From Ramazzottius varieornatus (lineage: Eukaryota > Animalia > Tardigrada), in the NCBI GenBank assembly GCA_001949185.1, contig BDGG01000002.1, forward strand, positions 1,727,631 to 1,791,630: DNA of 64,000 bases, in the 5' to 3' direction. This document shows, in pieces, positions 23,239 through 33,300 of this stretch. Under the pieces are notes generated by a model, which saw only the letters and a list, made by a program, of their open reading frames with translations, made no database searches and was not told where the DNA came from. Made by a program: the position numbers and the translations under genes. Position 1 is the first letter of the stretch; every line of letters begins with the position of its first letter.

Positions 23239-26200
23239 ATGAGAAGTTTATGCGGGGAACATCTGAGGTTCATCTTGCTGTTATATCTGTGCAAAGCTCG
23301 GGAATGCGAAGTGTTGCCGCGCATTTCTCTAAACGGTATCGGTAGTTCTGCCGCTCGACAGGTGATGGAGGCCGTGCTGAGCGCCTACAAACTTGTGCGG
23401 AGTAACGTGGTAGGCAACTACACGATGGAGACACGTTTGTCCAGTCTCTTGTTCCGAGTAGTCGGCGGTCGAGATCCCGCCATTAACGTGTCGTTTGGGG
23501 CAGTTTTCGGGCAAACACCCGTCGACACCACCAACACCCTCATAACCATCCCCGTCATGGCTCAGTCCATCGTCATCATCTACAACCTTCCCAACATCAC
23601 CCTGCGTTTGGACAAGGCCCAGTTCGTCGGTATCTTCAGCCGAACCATCAAACGCTGGTCGGACCCCAAGCTGGCCACAGCCGGCGTCCAACTGCCCGAC
23701 GCTCCCATCGAAGTGTGGATCCGTGCACAAGGCTCGTCCGGACCGTTGGTCCGACGATTGATGGCCAAGTATGATAATTCGGACATGCCTGATAATCCGC
23801 GAGACTACTGGCCGCAGAGTCTCGACTATAGGACGGCAGACTCGGCTTTTGGTGAAGCGGGAGGGGTGGCGTTCTACAACAATACTATTGGTTTCGTCGG
23901 TTATTCCACCTACATGACCAGCTGTAAGGAATTGGACAGAGTTGTCCTACAGGCGGCGTGGATGCCGAATAGCGCAGGCGTTAGCATAGAACCGACACCG
24001 GGAGCGGTGAGTATCGCTCTAAGTTGCCTGTCTCGCTCCCAGTACAAGCAGGAACAGGAAGCTTGGGCCAGACGGAAAGACGGCAGACTGAAAATCCAAC
24101 CGTAGAAAACTGCCGAAAAGTACATGGGTGTGAATTACACCCTTACGTACGTACTTCAGTTCCGCTGTTTCGGAATCGTCTGGCCCAAACTTTTTACTGG
24201 CTCAAACTTCCTTTTCGTACGTGTGGTGATATTCATTGCTGTCGTTGCAGCTGAAGGATAGCATGGCTCAACTGACTTTTGACGACAATTATCAGGAGGC
24301 CATTCTGGCCCCAGATGGGGATACCGCCTACCCCTTAGGTTCCTTCCTTTACGTTGTGGTCAGGAAGGTTTCCTCGGACGCGGAGGTCCAGCTGGACTGT
24401 GAGACGCAAGCCGAGATATTACGCTTTACCTTGTGGCTGGCGACGAGTGAAACTGGACGTGCCATCGCCAGTGACAACTTCTTTGTGTCCCTGCCACCCA
24501 ACTTGCTGGCCACTGTGGTTAAGCCCGCTCTGCAGGAAATGCGCTGCGGATACGACAACTTGGGCGTAGTATGGGACCTGGTCAAAGCCGAAGTGGATGC
24601 CGAACATGCCGTCATCGAATATGGGTAAATCTTTCAAACCTAGGGGTGGAATGTTACTTGGAAGGCCGGCGAAGGAAACGCAGGAGATCGGGCTTTCAAG
24701 TGGCGCGGTTTTACGGTGGTTTTGCTTGAAAGCCTGCGTCACTTGAGCCAATCATCTTGTAGGTTTCGTTGCCTGCCTGCTTTTTCTGTTTGTCTACGCT
24801 TTGTACCAAGATATTCCGCGAAAGTTGGTGGGCTGATTTTGTGACACCGCAGGTAGGTTGGAAATTGGATTGACCGGTGCTTTGCTGATGGTGGTAGCGT
24901 TAGTCGTTTGGTTGGCTCACAAATTGTGGCTGCATATGGTGATGTTCCGACAAGCTCAGCGGCAAATCTACGTGGTACCAGGGAGGGACATTGTTATTAT
25001 TCATGCCTCGCAAGAAAAATACGAGCAGATGATGGTGGCTCGGTGCTTCATGGAAGGACGCGAGTCGCGACCCGTCTTTGTCGTTGGCGAGTATCAGGAA
25101 GACGTCGTCATGCTCCGCCGGATGGACATTGTCATTTCCCAAATCGACATGAGACTTCGCTTGTGTCTGGTACGCTTGATGAAGAAAATGCGACATCCAA
25201 ACATTGCGCGCTTTTATGGCCTGACACAAATCAGCGGATTTCAGTCCAAATGCTTCCTTATCAGCCAGTTCTGTAAGGTCCCCACCACATCATTAAAAAA
25301 TTCGACCAAGTGTAACTAACCACTATTCTGGAAGGTCCATTAGGTGATCTGAGAACCGCGTTGGATAACAAGCGAAACGAGCTAGACGCACCGATCAAAT
25401 TTGGCATGACGAAAGGCATCACCGAAGGTTTACTCTTCCTTCACTCCAAGGGGATTGTTCACGGTAACCTCCGCAGTACTTCGGTGTACTTGGAAGCCGA
25501 CTGGACCACCAAGATTTCCGACTGGGATCTGACGTCCATCGAGGTCCTCGCTGACAAGTTCCACAACCGGGAGCGTGTTGCGCGCTTCAACCTCAGCGAG
25601 CAAGAAGAAGCCATGTATCTCCCGCCTCTTTTGTGGTCAGCGCCGGAAATTCTGCGGGCCGTGGCCAAAGACCAAATTTTCCGCCCTACTAAAGAGTGTG
25701 ACGTGTACAGGTGTGCTAACAGTTTTTGCGAAGTGGAAGGCTCAGATGGCATATAATTCAAGTCGGTAACAATGGAAATGTGCGTTACTTGAGAAAACAG
25801 ATTTGGCAAGACCTGTTTCTTCGAACCGGCGCATGCTATGGCAGCTTATATCGAAGACTTGCGCCACTTGATAAAACATTGTCCACGGTTTGTTTCGTTC
25901 AGCCCCCAAATGAAATAGTATATTTTGACGTTCACATTTCAGCTTCTCCATCATATTTTTCGAGATCCTCACCCGTGATCTTCCTTACGACTACCACCTG
26001 GTTCCGCAAAGCATGACATACGACCGTTTACTAGCTATGGTCCGTCGTTCAAAGAATCCTCTTCGACCACTGGACTTCAAAGAGAAGGACCAGATCTGGC
26101 AGAATATCCCCAGGTCAGTCATCCAGATCATGAAAGCCGGCTGGTCGCCCGACCCCACTCGTCGACCGACCATCCATCACATTCGCGAGATCCTCCACGC

Positions 26201-28777
26201 TGTCAGTTCTGAGATGAAGCGCCTGGCTGATCTGACCATCGTTCACACCCGCGCACAAATCGAACAGTACAAGAGGAACATTATCAAGAACAATGAAGAA
26301 GCGCTAGAGTTGATCAAGGATTTAGAGAACACAAAGGTGGACTTCCTGACGCGGTGGGTGTACGAACTGACCTTGAGTGGGCAGGTGATCGAACCACGAT
26401 GTTATCAGGTCTTGTATGTTCTGCGCTGTGCCTTGGTCAACTACGAAGCTCTCTGTACTTCGACCCACGGAGATGCGGTGCTGTATTTTGTCGACCGGTT
26501 CTATCGGATTATTGACATCGTTCTCCCACCAGATCGAAATATCCACCGTTTACATTCTAACGGCGACGAGATTACTATCGTGGGTGCGCTCCCTGTAGGC
26601 GGTGTGGAGTACGCTTCGAAGCTGGCGATTCTCGCATTGGATGTTTTAGTCGCGGTAAATTTCAACATGAGTTCTACCCGTTTTCACCGATTCAAATTAC
26701 GAAATCACCTACTGTTACACTATTTATACTTATCTCAAAAAAAATACTGAATATGATATGTCTAAACTAGACAATTTCGCCAAGTGCCGCATTCCTCCAG
26801 ACATCGAAATCGAAACCGTGCGCCACTTGGGAAAACCATCAAGCTTGACGAAATCGTTTTCCCAAATGGTTCATCCTTTCGCCCAACGACACTTAAAGAA
26901 GTGCGCCGCTTGGAAAGACGATCCGGTCGAATTTGTTCGCTGAGCTTCCATCTTGCCTCAAACTCAGGATCTCGAGGGAAAGAAACCGTATCCCTTTGCA
27001 GGTTTGGTCGGCGGACTTGCTGGACATAGACTGGGACCGAATGGAAGTCAGGATTGCCTTGACATGTGGGCCCAGTGTGGCCGGGATTTACGGCAACAGC
27101 CATCGGTCTTTCACGGTGGTGGGTTCGGCTAGCGATGAAGCTAGCTTGGTGGAAAGTGCCGGTGCCACTTATCGCGTCCTGATGAGTGAGGCCTACTACG
27201 AAGCGCTCAAAATGTACCCGGACTTTACCGCCCAGGAAAATAACCATGATAAGAAAGTCCTTCCTGGCGATCAGAAGACTTACTGGCTACGGAAGAAGGA
27301 CAACTACAAAAACCAAAAGATTTTAGACGATATCGCTAAACTGTACCCACCACCCGACTCTCGAGGCATCGTGTCAGAAGATTTCCACATCCGGTCAGTC
27401 AGTTATGAAAAACTCATGTGATTGTAATTAGTTTAATTTTTGTTATGAATACCTTGTCTTCTTGCAATTTCAGATATTTTCTTTGAGATTCGATATAGGG
27501 AATTTCTTTGCAGGTCCCGCGATCGCCGCAAAGCTCAAGCAGCCAAAGCCTCTCTACAAGCAGGTCCCACCGGTTCATACATCGAGAAAGATCTCCGCTC
27601 AGGCTACCTCATCGAACACCGCGATCGCAGTAAAGAAACAACCAGCGTACTTTCCGTCGTCCAGACCAAAGACGCCCAGAAGAAGTCTCGGCCACGTTCC
27701 ACCACCAAGGATCTCCGCAGCAGCAGCAACAACACACCCTCCGCTATCTTCGGCAGTATGGTCGGTCCTCAAGGTTTCACCTTCTTGAAGGAGCCTTACC
27801 GCCGCGAGAAGATCCGACAACATGGCGCCTTCGTTCTCAACCAGGACCATCTAGTCGCAACTATGCTGACCGGCCAGCTCGGCCACCGACGAGTTCAGCA
27901 TGCCCAGACAGCTCTACTGACCGTCCCCAGTACGCACCACCATCATCATCACCACCACATGCATCCTCACCGCCACCACTATCCTCACTCTCTCCACGGG
28001 TATGTACCGGAGCACGACAACATCTTCCTACGAGTGCCGATTGATGTGCGCCATGTTATGTCTGGACCTTCAGTGACTTCGGCGGCTTTCATCGTATCGG
28101 ACCAACCTTCCGGAAGTCAGATCCTTCAAATTGACATTCCGACCGAAAGATCACCGCTGGGACAAACTGTGGTTGCTCGACCCACCAATAAACGAACGAG
28201 TCAGTCAGATGAACAGATTAAGCAGACTGCTTCGGAGGTTGTGGAGGAACTCGACCGAACTCGGTTGACTTCGACCGAACAAGAAACCAGCGAAGAAGAA
28301 GCCAAGAAGAAGGCCAAGCCTAGCCTGGTGGAGGAACGCATCGCCATGTACGAGCGGAACATACACAAGAACCACGGGGAAGATTCGAGTCGTGTGCGCG
28401 TCAAGCACCATCGTCACAGTAAGAAGAAGCGACGGCGTAGCAAGCCAAAGCTAGCGCAGCGTACATCCTCCACACGGTCGGACAAGCTGCGCAAAACCAG
28501 CTTGTGGGTGGCGCAGTTACCCGACACTTCGGTCTTGCTGGAGGAAGATGATCGCCAAGCCGAAGGAGCGACCGACGAAGAAAAGGAAGAAGGAAAAGAA
28601 AGCAGATCCAAGTCGCGGATTCGAAGAAGGAGTAAATGTCGAAGGAAGAGTACTCGATCGAAAAGGCGGAGAAGAACAACGGAAGGTCTGGCCGATCAGG
28701 AAGAAGGGACGCCCATATTGAGTGTGGAAGTGACGGACGACGAGAGGACAACGGAAGAAGAGGATGAATATCTATAG
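23239..28777 (+). CDS. Receptor guanylyl-cyclase-like protein: signal peptide, PstS-like (type 2 periplasmic binding) ectodomain, TM, kinase-homology domain, degenerate class III cyclase, low-complexity tail
   Basis: Ectodomain ISLNGIGSS, IPVMAQSIVIIYNLP, GIFSRTIKRWSDP, IRAQGSSG, AYPLGSFLYVVVRK, FVSLP align by eye to PstS; TM IGLTGALLMVVALVVWLA; KHD MRHPNIARFYG, HGNLRS, LLWSAPEILR, CDVYSF; cyclase-like NGDEITIVGALP, VRIALTCGPSVAGIYG, KTYWL. An intron at ~27394-27513 joins in frame to the 27758-28777 ORF. Confidence 0.82.
24698..24744. repeat. N27 palindrome unit (rGC intron)
   Basis: AAGTGGCGCG-N27-TGCGTCACTT. Confidence 0.7.
25744..25869. repeat. Paired N27 palindrome units (rGC intron)
   Basis: Units 25744-25790 (27 nt) and 25824-25869 (26 nt). 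Confidence 0.65.
26782..26911. repeat. Paired N27 palindrome units (rGC intron)
   Basis: AAGTGCCGCA-N27-TGCGCCACTT and a second unit 26864-26911 (28 nt). Confidence 0.7.
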
Positions 28778-29254
28778 TTGATCTCATCGATATAAAGCAA
28801 TCATGGAAATTAAAAGGGTGGGTTAGCTAGCTCGATTAGTTCGACATCTGTATTTATTACAGTGTAAACACATTATCGACTTCCGTTGGAGACATATTAA
28901 AAAGTGAACGCTCAGCATGTGAAGGATGATGGTTGACGTGTAAATTCCTCAAACGTATGAGGACCGTTTAGTACGTCTCTCCGGATCTTGAAGTTGCCCA
29001 GCCGATATCTGTCCGATGTCACTGTTCTATGACGGCTAATTGATCCATCCAGTACCATGGAGAAGTGGTATGTCAAGACGGAAAACCGAGCTTGGGGATG
29101 GAGCAGCGTGTTAAGTGCTGTCCCACAAAGTTCTACTTTCCAGTCTTCAGATCTCGGATTACTCTTTTCCGGCTGAATTAGTTATTGGCATCGATGTATC
29201 TAAACTGCTAATGTGCAGATGTGTCTTGCGCGCTGAATTCTGAGCGTATCCGAA

Positions 29255-30158
29255 ATGGATATCGAGAGGCTGAAAGTGGACCTGGACGGTATCAAGAGCC
29301 AGCCGGGCCCAGAGCTGGACGAGGTCAGCCCGCTGTCCGGCCTGACTATTAGACAGCGTCTCTTGATCGAACGCAGCTGGCGGGAAGTGCTGCAAATAGG
29401 CCCCGTTAAAGTCGGCATCGAACTTTTCAAACTGTAAGAGGACTGGATTTCTCCTGATCTAACTAACTGCAGCTTTTTCGTGTACTGCATTGTGCTGCAG
29501 GTTCTTTTCGAGACATCCGGAGTACGTTCAGCTTTTTCGCGCTCTGCGGGAGATACCGCCCGACAAGCTGCAGTCCAGTGCGCGATTCAAAGCTCATGGA
29601 ACCATTGTTGTACAGTAAGCCAATCACTAAACGTCCTGGTAAAGGTTGCGCATAATCGATTGAGTCTTTTTTTTTCTCAGAGCGATCAGCGGTATTATCG
29701 GTAAGTAAGCTGAATTTGCCGAAGATACTACTTGCTGTCAAGTCGCAATCTTCATTTCATGACAGCTAATCTGGAAGACGGAGAGACCATGGTAGATGTA
29801 CTGCAGAAAATCGGTCGGGATCACGTGCGTCGTCACTTGACACCTCAACATTTCGAGGTGTGCCGTTTGATTCTGGTGCACTTCTCACTAGAAGTGCCTG
29901 ACGTGAGAATCAGAACTTCTGATTGTTTAGAGTCCGACCCACAGCAAGTTTACATCTATCGTTTTACGTCCATTACAGAATTTGAAAGGCACCATCTTGC
30001 TGCTGTTGGAGACGGTGTTGGGAGAGGCATGGAGCGTTGAAGTGGCCAACAGCTGGCAGAAGGCCTTAGGCGCCGTCATGAGTACCGTTCAGAGTGCTAT
30101 GGCAGGCGAGGAAACAATCCAGGACATTAAGCAGGCCTTCGGACAAACCGACACCTAA
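29255..30158 (+). CDS. Single-domain globin (5 coding exons)
   Basis: Spliced: ...LIERSWREV...GIELFKL|FFSRHPEYVQLFRAL...FKAHGTIVVQ|AISGII|ANLEDGETMVDVLQKIGRDHVRRHLTPQHFE|NLKGTILLLLETVLGEAWSVEVANSWQKAL...TDT*. CD1 Phe, E7 His and F8 His present; introns at the ancestral B12.2 and G7.0 positions. Confidence 0.93.
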
Positions 30159-30321
30159 TTTCCAGCTGGTCTTTGCGTAATTATTGTCACCATCGCTTCC
30201 GATCTATCTACGACAAATACGACACAAATCGTTTTCACCTTAGCTAGGCCTTCTTTGCGCGTTATGTACGTATGAAGTAAACTGATACCTTTGGGTTGTT
30301 TGTGTAAAAGAAGACGACGCT

Positions 30322-33300
30322 TCAGCCGCTGTCGCCCGTTCCATAAATATCTTCGTGATATCTTTCCCCAATCTGCAAAAGTGTAAAACCCATCAGTTAG
30401 CAAAGCCTTTAAGCTCTTTTTGATTAGCTGTGCTGGCTTACTTTTAGTTTGTCCAGTAAGCCTTTGGCTTTATCTGGAGTCAGTCCGCGTTTCACGAAGG
30501 CCTCACGCAGTGCATCGGCAACACCGTGCGCCATCGTTACGCCTCCGCAGATGTAGATGTGGCCATTACGGTCCCTGACGTCGACTAGGAGTCGATCGGC
30601 CACGGCTTCCACCGTATCCTGAACGTACATCTGCAAGGAACTCGACATGGCTATGTGATTGTCTTTAGCGGATAATCGTTGCCGTACCTTCTTGACGCCC
30701 GATTGACGCGAGACAGCCAACTGGAAATCAGCAATGATCTTGGTTCTGAGCAATAGATCAATTTCATCTTTGAAAATATGATCGATCCGGGCGTCGCGAC
30801 ATCCAAACATCAGTGTCACATTGGGTCTCTCCACTTTAGTCTGCTGAAGGTGCTGCCAGAATGCGCGGAAGGGCGCAATGCCGGTGCCGGCACATATCAA
30901 GTAGACCGGAGTTGATGGATTGTCCGGCATGTAGAAAGAAGGGGCGCTAAAATCAGCAATACGTTCATCAGCTCGCTTTGTTCGACAGCAAAACCAAAAT
31001 TAGCTTTTTCGGAAAAAGCGAAAAGAGCTGAATTGAAGACAGAACGTCGGGTGCCTGAGGTGGCATTGGCCCTACTCGTACAACGATTATGGCGCGCAAA
31101 ATGGACCTGGAAATGCGGCAGACCCTACGCTTCGTGAGCGGACGGTTCTGGTTTCGAACCTCGGATCCGCCACTTTTGCCTGACCGAAACTCAAACTTTG
31201 TGGTTTTCACATTGAATTTGGACTACCCGTTATACTTTTCTGTACCGTGGTTCGCTTCAGGAGTACGAAAAAGTGCTGGCTTTTTTTCGGTCTGTATTTA
31301 AGGCTGAAAGGCTTTTGCCGTGGGTGGTGGCGTACCTGCGGACGAAGAAGAGACAGCCACTCTTCGAAGGGAGGTTGTTCAGGTAAGTGGTGCACAAGCC
31401 ATGGTGCACCGGACCTTGTCCATTCTGCGTTCTGAACGACACGATACCGACGGTCAGATCGAAAGTCTGCTCTTTGGTCAGCGGGGACGAACTGACCGAA
31501 TAATATCTCGGCTGCAGAAGCGGCAGTTCCAGGAGCAGCAAGGTCGGATCCGCCTCCACCGATGGGAACTCCTGCAGGACTTCCAGCAGGGAAGGCCAGT
31601 TGAAGGCTCTCCATGCTTGATACTTTTTCGAGTCTTTACCCAACTGCCTCAGCCGCTTCTGCTGGCTTTTATCACTAGCCAGGTCTCCAAGATGCGCCAG
31701 AAGGGTTTGCGAGGGTGGCGTGGTAATGTCGAGAAACGCGGCAAATAGCGTGGATAATGGCATGATGGGTAGACGCTTGACTACCTTCCACGACGCCTCG
31801 TCGTTCTCGTCGATAACGTCGTCGTAATCAGAGTCTAGTACCATGACTTCTAGCTGGACGGGCCGCTGACCGGTGCGAGTCTCAATGTCGAGGCGCTTGA
31901 GCAAGCTGGTCACTGTGGCCATGTCGTTTTGAGCAAAGATGGCGACGTGGTCGCCTGGTATGTACGACACCGGGGTTTCGCTTCGGAACTGTACCAGGAT
32001 GGTCTGTCGGTCGGAGGAAGGACTTTGTAGCTGCTTCCGACCGAGAAGTTTTCCTACTTGCACTTTCTTGTTGTGTAAGCGACTCAGAGCTGCAACCGAA
32101 AGACAACAACAGTGGGACGTCAACCATCTGAGAAAGGAATCACAGTACGAGGTAGATGCCATAATTTGGGCAAACTGTAAATATGCGATGCTAGTGAGGC
32201 ACGACGCCGGTCCGGTTTCACTGCGTGCACAATGGGGGTGCATTGTCACGCGTGTGTCCGTACTGCGAGATAGCATCGAATATCTAGAGTAGCTGTTTCC
32301 CGGACGTAATTCGGGTAACCCATATCTCTGCACCTGTCATGCCTACATGTGTACGCACTTTCTTTTAGTTTTGTAAGACAGAAGAATCGCTTTCATAAAG
32401 CTTTCAATCGGTTTATCAGACTGCAGTGCCTGAACTTTTGCATTACCCGTGTTGTGTCCGGAAAATGAGTATGTCCGAATTATGTTTTCTACCTCGTATG
32501 TGTACGAAAACATCCGTTTTTCCATTCCGGACATTTCCTTAAGAAACAGACTTACATTTTTGAATAAGTTTTGCAGGTCTTTGAACAACTCGTCATCCAA
32601 CGCGCGCTCAACCTGTACACTTGTCCAAGGCAGACACATGACTTCCGTCAAATTTCCGTTTTATTTTGAGACAAAGGCGGAGGTGTAAAAAAATGTGGTA
32701 GTATCAATCAACCAGTACAGCGGAACAGTTTTGAGGAGCTGGTTTGTCCGGAATGGAACGTGGGTGTGAGGGAAGCATAAAATTGATGCGAGAATGCTGG
32801 GAATCTGAAGACTCATTAAGTTTATGGAAAAGTTATTTACCGGAACGAATGTCTTCGTTGACTGGTGCAGACTTGAAGCCCAACCGGAATTTGCCTTTAC
32901 TCCAGCCAGCCCCACTATTTTTGCCATTCTTGAAATTTACACCGTTGGTTTTGCTGGAGGAAGACTTGGCGGGTGGCGCACTGATACCGAAAGCTTCGCA
33001 GGCCGCAGACAAGATTTCCAGGGACCATTCTTTGAAGGACTGGTCTTGACCGTTCAGCTCGTCACCTGTATGCATAGGCAAGATACGCTTGCCGCCCAGA
33101 TTGAATAGGCATTCGTCGACGTAATGAGCGAACGCGCAGTAGTGCGGGTAGGATGTTGAGCCCAGTCCGAAAACGGCAAAACTGTGGGAAAATAAAATTC
33201 TGACACACCCGAAATGTTCAAGAAATCTGAAAATCTGAAAATTAGACTGGAAAATAGAAGGCCGCCAGACAAAACGCACGGTACAAGGTCGTTGTCTCAA

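Noticed and set aside
23239-24105. Bacterial contamination as the source of the PstS-like sequence
   Set aside because: It is interrupted by GT-AG introns, a neighbouring intron carries the host palindrome, and it is flanked by animal genes.
29057-29254. Possible upstream globin exon or acylation signal
   Set aside because: An in-frame stop lies shortly before ATG 29255 and no convincing splice gives an extended N-terminus.
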